Below are positions 45,990 to 57,265 of a stretch of 64,000 nucleotides of DNA, in pieces. How positions within the stretch are numbered: the stretch's first letter is position 1; every line of letters starts with the position of its first letter. Where the stretch lies: assembly GCA_963814585.1 (NCBI GenBank), contig CAWFDF010000003.1:64001-128000 (forward strand), in the 5' to 3' direction. The notes beneath the pieces are model-generated. The model did not search any database. It was not told the origin of the DNA and was given only the letters and a program-made list of their open reading frames with translations. The DNA is from an uncultured delta proteobacterium (GTDB taxonomy: Bacteria; Myxococcota; Myxococcia; Myxococcales; Anaeromyxobacteraceae). The position numbers were made by a program, and so were the translations under genes.

Positions 45990-46600
45990 TTCTCGAGTCG
46001 AACAGTTCACGGGCTGCCTATCACCAGGGTCGGAAGCGGCCGGTAGGCGTTCTCGGCGAGGAACTCGGCCGTGGTCAGGGAGCCCGTGGCCCACTCGGGT
46101 TGCAGCCTCTGCACCAGCTCGTCGAGCGCATCTGGGCCGGCAACAGGCACTCATCCTCTCTGCCGCGGAGCCGGAGCGAGAACTCTGGGAAGACCATCTC
46201 GTGGAGGAGCTTGCTGCAGGCGCCATCCTGGACACCGAGCGAGACGCGTTGGTCAAGGCCAGGCGTGGACAGGGAGTCTTCCGGAGCAACATCGCTCGCA
46301 TCGAGCGGGAATCCGGATCACGGCGTCTCGAACCCCGCCTACCTCATCGCCAGTCACATCGAGCCCTGGCGGCATACCTCGATGACGAGCGCCTCAGCGA
46401 ACACAACGGTCTGATGCGGCACCCCAGGCTGACTTCCTCTTCGATCGCGGGTTCATCACCATCTCGGAGGGGCGCGTCCTCGTATCGCCCGCGCGGAAGC
46501 CGCGCTCGCCAAGCTGGGAGTCGATCCTGACCACCCACCGGCGATCGGCTCCTTCTCGAGGGAGCAGGAGCGCTTCCTGGCCTTCCACGGTCGGAGATCT
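45990..46600 (+). pseudogene. HNH restriction-endonuclease-like fragment, frameshifted
   Basis: TERDALVKARRGQGVFRSN / LIASHIEPW / ERLSEHNGL / DFLFDRGFIT in different frames. Confidence 0.7.
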
Positions 46601-46626
46601 ACAGGTCCCCTCGGCCGCGTAGCCCC

Positions 46627-47232
46627 CTACCCCTCCACCACCCTCCTCACCGTCCTCCAGTTCCGCCAGGTCCCCATCGTCCCCAGCGTCCGGTCCAGGT
46701 AGTCGGACGTGAGCCGGGTTCCGGAGACGCCCCGCGGCAGGTACAGGAACACCTCCCGCCCCCGGACCGCGAAGCGATCGCCGAGCGACCGGGCCGGGTC
46801 GAGCGCCCTCACCGCGGCCGTCGCCGGACGGTCGGCGAGGAAGACGACGTGGAGCAGCTCCTCGTCGAGTCCCTCCAGCTGGAGCGGGTTCCCGCGCAGC
46901 ACCCCCGCCAGCTCCGCCGCCGAGCGGACCACCATCGCCGGCCGGTGGCCGTACGCCTTCTCGATCCGCGCCGCCACCCTCGCCGGCACCGCCCTGGCCA
47001 CCGCCGTGGTCGCCCGGAACCGCACGTTGCCGCTCTGGATCACCGTGCGCACCGCCGAGCAGCCGGCCGCCTCGAAGAACCCGGCCAGCGCCTCCATGGG
47101 CAGCAGGTTCCTCCCCCCGACGTTCACGCCGCGCAGCAGCGCCACCCACTCGCCGGCGCGCCCGGTCCCGGGTCCAACCGCCTTGTCTCCCATCGGTCTC
47201 ATCCCCCGCCGGCCATGGCCCGGCGTCACCAT
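46627..47232 (-). CDS. DUF1697 family protein
   Basis: WVALLRGVNVGGRN..PM..L, IQSGNV, TWRNWRTV; true start probably 47193. Confidence 0.88.
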   Translation of the reverse strand: MVTPGHGRRGMRPMGDKAVGPGTGRAGEWVALLRGVNVGGRNLLPMEALAGFFEAAGCSAVRTVIQSGNVRFRATTAVARAVPARVAARIEKAYGHRPAMVVRSAAELAGVLRGNPLQLEGLDEELLHVVFLADRPATAAVRALDPARSLGDRFAVRGREVFLYLPRGVSGTRLTSDYLDRTLGTMGTWRNWRTVRRVVEG

Positions 47233-47285
47233 TCTGGCCCTCCACGGTTGACAAGACCACCACTCCCCACCTATCCGTCCCCGCC

Positions 47286-50130
47286 ATGGCTTCCAAGTCC
47301 CTGGTCATCGTCGAGTCGCCCGCCAAGGCCAAGACCATCGAGAAGTACCTCGGCGCCGACTTCAAGGTGATGGCCTCGGTCGGCCACGTGGTCGACCTGC
47401 CGTCCAGCCCGCTCTGCGTCGACGTGGAGAACGACTTCGCCCTCACCTACGAGGTGACCAAGCCGAAGGTGATCGCCGAGCTGAAGGCCGCGCTCAAGAC
47501 CGCCGACGCCCTCTACCTCGCCACCGACGAGGACCGCGAGGGTGAGGCGATCGCCTGGCACCTGCTCGGCCAGCTGAAGCCCAAGGTGCCGGTGCACCGC
47601 ATGGTCTTCCACGAGATCACCAGGAAGGCGATCCTCGAGGCGGTCGAGCGGTCGCGTGACATCGACACCGGCCTGGTGGACGCCCAGGAGGCCCGCCGCA
47701 CCCTCGACCGGCTCTATGGCTACGAGGTCTCGCCGGTCCTCTGGCGCAAGATCGGCCCCAAGCTCTCGGCCGGCCGCGTCCAGTCGCCGGCGCTCCGGCT
47801 CATCGTCGAGCGCGAGTGGGAGCGGATGAAGTTCCGCTCGGCCTCCTACTGGGACGTCTCGGCCCGCCACGCCACCTCGCCCGCCTTCTCGTCCACGCTC
47901 ACGGCCGTGGACGGCCGGCGGGTCGCCACCGGCAAGGACTTCGACGAGAAGGGCGTCCTCGCCTCCGACGCCCGCCCGCTCGACGAGGCCACCGCCCGCG
48001 GCCTGGCCACCGGGCTCGAGGGGCGCCGCTTCGCGGTCCGCTCGCTGGAGAAGAAGGGCTACCGCAGCTCGCCCAAGCCCCCCTTCCACACCTCCACCCT
48101 GCAGCAGGAAGGCGGCCGCAAGCTCCGGCTCGGCGCCCAGCAGGTGATGCGGCTGGCGCAAGGGCTGTACGAGCGCGGCTACATCACCTACATGCGCACC
48201 GACAGCACCACGCTCTCGGCCACCGCCCTCGCGGCGGCGCGCGCCCAGATCGGCGCGCTCTTCGGCGACCAGTTCCTGCCCACCCAGCCGCGCGGCTACG
48301 CCAAGAAGTCCAAGAACGCCCAGGAGGCCCACGAGGCCATCCGGCCCGCCGGCGACGCCTTCCGCACCCCCGAGTCGCTGGCCGGCGAGCTCAGCGGCGC
48401 CGAGTGGAAGCTCTACGACCTGATCTGGAAGCGCACCCTGGCCTCGCAGATGACCGACGCGGTGGGCGAGTCGGTGGCGGTGAGGCTCGAGGCGACCACG
48501 GCCCGGCGGCGAGCGCTGCGAGTTCAGCGCCGGCGGCCGCACCATCGCCTTCCCCGGCTACCTGCGCGCCTACGTCGAGGGGGCCGACGATCCCGAGGCC
48601 GCGCTCGACGACCAGGAGTCCCCGCTGCCAGAGCTGCGCCAGGGAGAGGCGGTGCCGGTCGAGGCGCTCGAGCCCATCGGCCACGTCACCTCGCCCCCGG
48701 CCCGCTACACCGAGGCCTCGCTGGTGAAGAAGCTGGAGGAGCTCGGCATCGGCCGCCCCTCCACCTACGCCTCGATCATGGGGGCGCTGGCGTCCCGGTA
48801 CGTCTGGAAGAAGGGGCAGGCGCTGGTCCCGGACTGGGTCAGCTTCGTGGTGGTGCGGCTCCTCTCCGAGCACTTCACGCAGCTCATCGACGACGCCTTC
48901 ACGGCCGAGATGGAGGACGACCTCGACCAGATCGCCGGGCGGGAGCGCGGTCGCGTCGACTTCCTCAAGCTCTTCTACTTCGGCGACGGGAAGCACATCG
49001 GGTTGCAGGCGCTGGTGAGCGACCTCGACCGGATCGACGCCGCCGCCATCAACTCGATCCACATCGGCAGGGACGCCCAGGGCGTGCTGATCGAGGCCCG
49101 ACCCGGCCGCTACGGCCCGTACCTGAAGCGCGGCGAGGACACCGCCTCGATCCCCGGCAACCTGGCCCCGGACGAGCTGACGGTGGAGCGGGCCCTCACC
49201 ATCCTCTCGGCGCCCACCGGCGGCCGGCTGCTCGGCCTCGACCCGGCCACCGGCCTCGAGGTGCGGGTCAAGTCGGGCCGCTTCGGCCCCTACGTCCAGC
49301 TGGCGCCAGCTCCGGCCAAGGAGGCGGTCGCGGGCCAGGAGGCCGCCTCCAGGGAGAAGTCGAAGGCAAAGGCGAAGGCCGGGCTGGAGAAGCCGGTCAA
49401 GACCCAGTCGCTGCTCAAGTCGATGGACCCGGCCACGGTGACGCTCGACGAGGCGCTCCAGCTGCTGGCCCTGCCCCGCCCGCTCGGCCTGAGCCCGGAG
49501 GGCGACGAGGTGCGGGCCTGCTACGGCAAGTTCGGCCCGTACCTGACCATGGGCGGCGACAGCCGTAACCTCGGCGGCGAGGACGACCGCGTCGCCCTCA
49601 CCATCACGCTCGACCAGGCGCTGGCCATCTTCGCCACGCCCAGGCAGTTCCGCGGCCGGGGCGCGCCCCGGCCTCCGCTCAAGACCTTCGGCGACGACCC
49701 GGTCTCGAAGAAGGCCATCGTCCTCAAGGAGGGCAAGTTCGGCCTCTACGTCACCGACGGCGAGACCAACGCTTCGCTGCGCCGCGGGGATGACCAGGCC
49801 GACCTGACGCCGGAGCGGGCCCAGGAGCTGCTGGCCGAGCGGCGCGAGTACCTGGCCTCGCCCGAGGGCCAGGAGAAGGCGGCGCTGCGGACCGCGCGGA
49901 GGGGCGGCCGGGGGGCGCGGGCGGCCAGGGCCGCGAAGGCCAACGTGCCCAAGCCGGCCAGGGCGGTGAAGGTGAAGGCCAGGGCGGCGAAGGCCGAGCC
50001 GGCGAGCGCCGTGGCGAAGCCCGCGGCCGAGCCGAAGAAGTTGAAGGCGAAGAAGGCGGTGGCCGCCATGGCCGCCGCCACGCCGGAGAAGGCCAAGCCG
50101 CCGAGGAAGAGGGCGGCCGCCAAGAGGTAG
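47286..50130 (+). CDS. topA: DNA topoisomerase I with Topo_C repeats and Lys/Ala-rich tail; one frameshift near 48510
   Basis: LVIVESPAKAKTI, LATDEDREGE, SAGRVQS, YITYMRTDS, GIGRPSTY; repeated GR(Y/F)GPY C-terminal units. Confidence 0.93.
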
Positions 50131-50143
50131 GGCAGTCAGGCCT

Positions 50144-50244
50144 GCGCGCCGTCGCCACGCGACGGCTTGCGGTGCTTGCGCTGCGCGCGCCGTCGCCACG
50201 CGACGGCTTGCGATAGAAGCCTGCGCGGCGCAGCAAGCTGCGCC
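50144..50244. repeat. REP-like palindromic repeats between convergent topA and ettA
   Basis: 28-bp gcgcgccgtcgccacgcgacggcttgcg at 50144 and 50185, each with hairpin gccgtcgc-cac-gcgacggc; third hairpin ggcgcagc-aa-gctgcgcc. Confidence 0.75.
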
Positions 50245-50247
50245 TTG

Positions 50248-51912
<1,665 letters not shown>

Positions 51913-52043
51913 GGCGGCGGGCTCTCGGGGGGCGGTGGGGGATTCTTCGGGGGCGGCAGTCTACTCGAAATTTGGGGCGGGCCGCCCGGGGCGGGCCCCC
52001 GGTACTGGCGGCCGGCCGCGCCGGCTCCTAGGCTCTCCGCCAC

Positions 52044-52517
52044 ATGAACACCGAGCCCCTCCTGACCGACATCACCCACACCATCCAGCTGGCGATCGCA
52101 CCGGTCTTCCTCCTCACCGCGGTCGGCACCACCCTCTCGGTCTTCGGCACCAGGCTGGCCCGCATCGTCGACCGGGCCCGGCGCGTCGAGGCCCGGCTGG
52201 CCGTGGCCACGCCGGCCACGCTGGAGCCCACGCTCCGGGAGCTCAAGATCCTCTCGGCCCGCGCCAGCCTCATCCACCTCGCCCTCACCTTCGGCACCAG
52301 TTGCGCCATCATGGTCTGCCTGGTCATCGCGGTGGCCTTCGTCGGCTACCTCCTCGGCGCCCACGTCGGCGCCGCGCTGGCGGTCCTGTTCATCCTCGCC
52401 CTGGGCGCCTACGTGGTGGCCCTGCTCTGCTTCCTGCGCGAGATCTTCATGGCCATCCAGAACCTCCGCTTCGGCCTGCCGGGCGAGGTCGGCGCCGCGC
52501 CGCCGCCGGGCGCCTGA
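52044..52517 (+). CDS. DUF2721 membrane protein
   Basis: IQLAIAPVFLLTAVG...RLARIVDRAR...FLREI. Confidence 0.85.
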   Translation: MNTEPLLTDITHTIQLAIAPVFLLTAVGTTLSVFGTRLARIVDRARRVEARLAVATPATLEPTLRELKILSARASLIHLALTFGTSCAIMVCLVIAVAFVGYLLGAHVGAALAVLFILALGAYVVALLCFLREIFMAIQNLRFGLPGEVGAAPPPGA

Positions 52518-52524
52518 ACCCCGC

Positions 52525-53328
52525 ATGCCTCGCAAGGCCGTCCGCGTCTCCATCCTCCTCGTCCTGCTGGCGGTCACCGCCATGTGGGCGTCGGGCCGGC
52601 ACGCGGCGCGCCGGACCCGCACCGCCTGGGATCGGCCGGTCTCGGTCGCGGTGCTGGTCCTCGGCGAGTCCTCCCCCGCCGCCATGGCCAGGCTGCGGGT
52701 CACGCTCGACGCCCTGGCCCGCCGCCTGGCCGACGTGCGCGCCGGCTACGCCCCGGGCGGTGCGGGCGAGACCTTCATCGTGGAGCTGGTCGGCCCGCTC
52801 CAGGTCGATCGGCCGCCGCCGTTCGCGCCGCCAGGCCCGGGACCGCTCGACCGGGTCCTCCACGCCTTCGATCTCTGGCGCGGCGCGCGGACGGCCCACG
52901 CCGCCGCGCCCGGGTTCGTCCCCGGCGCCTGGGACGTCCGGGTCTACGTGGTGGCCGTCCCGCCGGACCAGGACGCCCCGCGCTTCGCCGAGGGGATTGG
53001 GGAGCAGGGCGGCGAGGTGGGCGTGGTGCGGGCCCGCTTCGACGAGCGCGGCGCGACGCTGGCCGCCGCCGCCATCTTCCACGAGGCCTTCCACTGCCTG
53101 GGGGCCAGCGACAAGTACGACGTGAGTGGCCGCGCCGTGGTCCCCGCCGGGCTGGTCGAGCCCGGCCTCGAGCCGCGCTACCCCCAGCGGCTGGCCGAGC
53201 TGATGGTGGGGGAGGTGCCGCTCGGCCCGGGCGCCGGGCGCCTGCCGGTGGGCGTCGCCGAGATCGGGATCGGGCCGGTGACGGCGGCCGAGGTGGGCTG
53301 GCGGCCGCCGCCGGCCGCGCCACCCTGA
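52525..53328 (+). CDS. exported zincin-like metallopeptidase/hypothetical protein
   Basis: N-terminal TM/signal; HEAFHCLGASDKY (HExxHxxGxxD) and AELM Met-turn-like motif. Confidence 0.65.
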   Translation: MPRKAVRVSILLVLLAVTAMWASGRHAARRTRTAWDRPVSVAVLVLGESSPAAMARLRVTLDALARRLADVRAGYAPGGAGETFIVELVGPLQVDRPPPFAPPGPGPLDRVLHAFDLWRGARTAHAAAPGFVPGAWDVRVYVVAVPPDQDAPRFAEGIGEQGGEVGVVRARFDERGATLAAAAIFHEAFHCLGASDKYDVSGRAVVPAGLVEPGLEPRYPQRLAELMVGEVPLGPGAGRLPVGVAEIGIGPVTAAEVGWRPPPAAPP

Positions 53329-53438
53329 TGGCGCCGCTCCCGGGTGCCTCGCCCCAGGCCCGATCCCCGCCGCGGCGCAGGCTGCCTGGCGGCGACGGGC
53401 TCGGTCCAGGCGAGGGGTGCCGTGACTCCTCGTGAAGC

Positions 53439-54623
53439 TCAGCGGGGAGGCGCTGGTGGGTGCGCCGCGATGGCCCCGATGGCCTCGCGCGCCAGGTCGC
53501 CCGCGCCGCAGCGCCCGTCGCCCGCCACCGCCCGCTTGAGCCGCTCGACGGCCCCCACCGGCTCCGGCGCCGGCGGCTCGGCCCGGGCGATGGCGTCCAG
53601 CTGTCCGAGCGCGTCGCGCGACCGGCTCTCGCCCAGCGCTCGCGCCGCCAGCCGACGCCTGACGCACTCCGGCGAGCGCCCCTGGCTCGCCAGCGCCGAG
53701 AGCGCCGCCCGGTTGCCGGCCGCCACCGCGCGGCTCCAGTCCTGGAAGGCCGCCCGCGGTGCTCCGCCCAGGCCAGCGTCGGCGCGCGCCAGCTCCAGGA
53801 GCCCCCGCAGGTAGAGCACCTCGCCGTCACCGGCCCCGCGCCTCGCGGTGAGCAGGTCGAGCTCCTCCCGCGCCTGCTGGTAGCGCCCCAGCCGGGTCCA
53901 GCGCTCCACCGGCGCCAGCGAGAGCCACCAGCCCACCGCGCCGGCCAGCCCCAGCGCCACGAAGGCGACCGCCCCCCGGCCCCCGCTCCCCGGCACGGCC
54001 GGGCGGCGCCGCGGCCGCGCGCGCAGCAGCTTCTCGGGCACGGGCGGTGCCAGCCCCGAGACCAGCCCGAGGCCGATGCCGGCGTAGGGGGGATCGCCCG
54101 GCGCCGGCGAGGCGGCCCGCGCCACCCGGAAGAGCCGCACCTCGTCCTTCAATCCCGGCAGCGCGCGCCAGCCCATCTCCTCGACGGGGACGCGCGCGCG
54201 GTCGAGCATCCAGTAGATCGACTCGGAGAACCAGACCTCGCCCGACTCGGCCTCGCCCTCGATGCGAGAGGCCAGGTTGACCGCCTCCCCGAAGACGTCG
54301 CCGCCGGCCAGCCGCACCTCCCCGGCCGCCAGGGCGATGCGCACCTCGATCCGCTCGCTCTCCACCACGCGCCGGGCGTGGTCGGCGAGCCGATCCTGGA
54401 TGGCCACGGCGCAGAGCAGCGCCTCGGTGGGCGCGGCGAAGACCACCAGGTAGGCGTCGCCGATGGTCTTGACCCGCTGGCCGCCGAAGGCGGCGATCAC
54501 CGGCGAGAGGAGCGCCTCGTGCAGGCGGATCATGCGGGCGTTCTCCTCCCGGGTCTGCCGGCTGGTGGCGGCGGTGAACCCCTTCATGTCGGTGAGCATC
54601 ACCACCCGGCTCTCGGTCCGCAT
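53439..54623 (-). CDS. class III adenylate/guanylate cyclase with TM and TPR/HEAT-like C-terminus
   Basis: LTDMKGFT, VKTIGDAY, GDVFGEAVNLASRIE. Confidence 0.85.
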   Translation of the reverse strand: MRTESRVVMLTDMKGFTAATSRQTREENARMIRLHEALLSPVIAAFGGQRVKTIGDAYLVVFAAPTEALLCAVAIQDRLADHARRVVESERIEVRIALAAGEVRLAGGDVFGEAVNLASRIEGEAESGEVWFSESIYWMLDRARVPVEEMGWRALPGLKDEVRLFRVARAASPAPGDPPYAGIGLGLVSGLAPPVPEKLLRARPRRRPAVPGSGGRGAVAFVALGLAGAVGWWLSLAPVERWTRLGRYQQAREELDLLTARRGAGDGEVLYLRGLLELARADAGLGGAPRAAFQDWSRAVAAGNRAALSALASQGRSPECVRRRLAARALGESRSRDALGQLDAIARAEPPAPEPVGAVERLKRAVAGDGRCGAGDLAREAIGAIAAHPPAPPR

Positions 54624-54632
54624 GGTGGCCGT

Positions 54633-56606
54633 TCACCCCTCTCCCGCGGCCCGGGGGGCATCCGCCTCGGGTGCCACCTCCACGGTGACCTCGGTCCCAG
54701 GGACGGCGGGCGGCGCCGGACGCGGCCGGGCCCGCAGCGGCCGGGCCAGCGACGTCCTGGCCACCGTCCAGCGGCGCCGGATCCAGCCGCGCGCCCCGGC
54801 CACGCCGCCCCGCGCCCGCCTGGCCCACGGGGCCTCCCTCCCCAGCCCCCAGATCCGCCCCAGCGTGGCCAGCAGCACGGTCGCGCCGATCGTGACCAGC
54901 CACGCCACGGCCAGCAGGGCCAGGGAGAGGAGCGCCCAGGCCACCCGCGGCCCGGCGCGCCAGCGCCGCTCGCCCCCCGACTCCAGCGAGGCCAGGGCGT
55001 CGGTGATCGGCTCCAGCAGCCTCGACACGCCACCGTCGAGCGGCACCCGATCGGCCTCGCGACCGCCGAAGGGGAGCGTCCCGCCCGACGGCCGGACCCG
55101 GTAGAGGGCCAGCGGCTCGCCGTCCGGCAGGGCGATGGAGGCCGCCACCGGCTCGAGCGGCACCTCGGTCTGGTTCATGGTGAGCACGACGGCGCGGGTC
55201 AGCCAGATGGCCCCCGCCGGTGTCCGCTGCCGGATCGCCTCGGCCAGCGCCACCGGGGTCGCTCGCGGCGCCACCCGCCCGCCCGGCAGCTCGCCGGCGT
55301 GGAGCGAGAGCCGAAGCGCCAGCCGGTCGGCGCCGGCGGCGGCGGTGTTCCAGGCCGCCACCCGGTCCTGGATGGCCATGGCGCAGAGCACGGCGTTGGT
55401 CGGGGAGGCGAAGTCGGCGACCAGCGCCTCGCCGGACACCAGCGCGCGGCGGCCCTCGAAGGCGTGCAGCGCCGGGATCACCAGCCGGTCGTGCGCCAGC
55501 AGCAGCCGCGCCCGCTCCTCCACCGGCAGCGCCGCGGCCCGCCCCTCCCAGCCGTCGATCTCGGTCGCCAGCAGGGTCAGGGTCCGGGACCGCGCCAGCC
55601 CCGAGGTGACCGGCCCGAAGAGGCTGCTCACCGGCCGTGAACCGAACCGCCTCCGGGGCCCGGTGAAGGGCTCGACGTCGCGGGGCGTGGTCCGGCCCCC
55701 CTCCCGCCCGTCGAGGATGGAGAGGAGCTCGGCGGCCGACTGGGCGCGGCCGGCCCGATCCTTCACCGTGGCGCGCGCCACGAAGCGGAGCAGCGCCGGG
55801 TGGGCGGCCAGCTCCGGCACCTCGCGCTCCGGAGACGGCACCGGGTCGTAGGCCTGGGACCGGAGCAGCGCCCGGGTGTCGGCCGAGGGGAACGGGTGCC
55901 GGCCGGTGAGCAGCACCCAGGCGATGAGCCCGGCGCTGTAGAGATCGGCGCGGTGGTCGAGGTCGCCGCCCACCGCCTGCTCCGGCGAGAGGTACTCCGG
56001 GGTCCCCACCACCAGCCCGGCCTGCGTCGTGGCCGTGCCCGGCGCCCCGCCGGACTGCTTGGCGATGCCGAAGTCGAGGATGGCGAGCCGCTCCCGCCCC
56101 TCCTCCGGCACCAGCCAGAGGTTGTCCGGCTTGAGGTCGCGGTGGATGATCCCCGCGGCGTGCGCCGCCGAGAGGCCGCGCAGCAGCTGGCGCATCAGGT
56201 CGGCGACCAGCGCCGGCGGCAGGGCCCCCTCCCGCGCCAGCCGGTCGCGCAGCGACTCGCCCTGGAGGAGCTCCATCACCAGGAAGAGCTCGCCGCTGGC
56301 GGCCTGCCCGAAGTCGAGCATGTCCACCACGTGGGGCGACGAGACCTGCACCGCCGTCCGCGCCTCGCGCTGGAACCGCTCCACCTCCAGCGGGCTGGCG
56401 GCGAAGCGCGGGTGGAGCACCTTGACCGCCACCTTGCGGCCGATGCGGATCGCCTCGGCCTCGTAGACCGAGCCCATCCCGCCCTCGGCGATGAGCCGGG
56501 AGATGCGGTAGCGGCCGTCGAGCAGCTCCCCGGGCGCCAGCGGTGCGGCCGGCAGGAGCTCCTCCGGCACCAGATCGTCGTCGGTGAGCGAGAGGGTCTT
56601 GATCAT
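54633..56606 (-). CDS. Hanks-type Ser/Thr kinase fused to a degenerate cyclase-homology domain and TM helices
   Basis: IAEGGMGSVY, VAVKVL, HRDLKPDN, DFG, GTPEYLSPEQ; then TEIDGW...FASPTNAVLCAMAIQ...LRLSLHAGE. Confidence 0.88.
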   Translation of the reverse strand: MIKTLSLTDDDLVPEELLPAAPLAPGELLDGRYRISRLIAEGGMGSVYEAEAIRIGRKVAVKVLHPRFAASPLEVERFQREARTAVQVSSPHVVDMLDFGQAASGELFLVMELLQGESLRDRLAREGALPPALVADLMRQLLRGLSAAHAAGIIHRDLKPDNLWLVPEEGRERLAILDFGIAKQSGGAPGTATTQAGLVVGTPEYLSPEQAVGGDLDHRADLYSAGLIAWVLLTGRHPFPSADTRALLRSQAYDPVPSPEREVPELAAHPALLRFVARATVKDRAGRAQSAAELLSILDGREGGRTTPRDVEPFTGPRRRFGSRPVSSLFGPVTSGLARSRTLTLLATEIDGWEGRAAALPVEERARLLLAHDRLVIPALHAFEGRRALVSGEALVADFASPTNAVLCAMAIQDRVAAWNTAAAGADRLALRLSLHAGELPGGRVAPRATPVALAEAIRQRTPAGAIWLTRAVVLTMNQTEVPLEPVAASIALPDGEPLALYRVRPSGGTLPFGGREADRVPLDGGVSRLLEPITDALASLESGGERRWRAGPRVAWALLSLALLAVAWLVTIGATVLLATLGRIWGLGREAPWARRARGGVAGARGWIRRRWTVARTSLARPLRARPRPAPPAVPGTEVTVEVAPEADAPRAAGEG

Positions 56607-56617
56607 GCCACGGCCCG

Positions 56618-57232
56618 TCAGCCGATGAACTCGACCCGCCCCGACTCGAGGTCGTACTCGGCGCCGATCACCATCATCCCGTCGCGGGTCACCAGCCGCT
56701 CGATGGCCGGCGTGCCGTGGCGCAGGTGCTGGACCGCCATCTGCACGTTGATGCGGGTGGCCAGGCGGGCCACCGCCTCGCGATCGCCACCGGTGAGGCG
56801 GGCCGCCTCGACCGCCGGCCGGACCCGCTCCACGATCGACATGACGTTGTCCGAGGCCGGCGGCGATCCCATCTCCACCGCCTCCAGCGTGGCGTCGATG
56901 GCGCCGCACTGGGTGTGCCCCATCACCACCACCAGCCGGCAGCCGAACCGCTCGGCGGCGAACTCCACCGAGCCCACCTGCGAGGGCGAGACCACGTTGC
57001 CGGCCACCCGGATGACGAAGAGCTCGCCCAGCCCCTGCTCGAAGACCAGCTCGGCCGGCGCTCGCGAGTCGGAGCAGCCCAGCACGATGGCGAACGGCGC
57101 CTGGGTCCTCTTCAGCGCCGCCCGGTCCAGCTGCCTCGCCAGCGAGTCGATCGAGATGACGTTGGAGGCGAAGCGGGCGTTCCCGGCCCGGAGCCGGTCG
57201 AGCGCCTCCAGGGCCGACAGGTTGGTGGGCAT
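56618..57232 (-). CDS. beta-class carbonic anhydrase
   Basis: LGCSDSR, RVAGN, GHTQCGA. Confidence 0.93.
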   Translation of the reverse strand: MPTNLSALEALDRLRAGNARFASNVISIDSLARQLDRAALKRTQAPFAIVLGCSDSRAPAELVFEQGLGELFVIRVAGNVVSPSQVGSVEFAAERFGCRLVVVMGHTQCGAIDATLEAVEMGSPPASDNVMSIVERVRPAVEAARLTGGDREAVARLATRINVQMAVQHLRHGTPAIERLVTRDGMMVIGAEYDLESGRVEFIG

Positions 57233-57265
57233 GATGGCCAGTAGTGCCCGGGCCGGCGGGGCCGG

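Noticed and set aside
47248..47277. sigma70 promoter for topA (perfect TTGACA)
   Set aside because: No convincing -10 hexamer at 16-18 bp spacing
47286..50130. topA and hypF as true pseudogenes or programmed frameshifts
   Set aside because: All catalytic motifs are intact, no slippery heptamer is evident, and similar indels are scattered across unrelated genes
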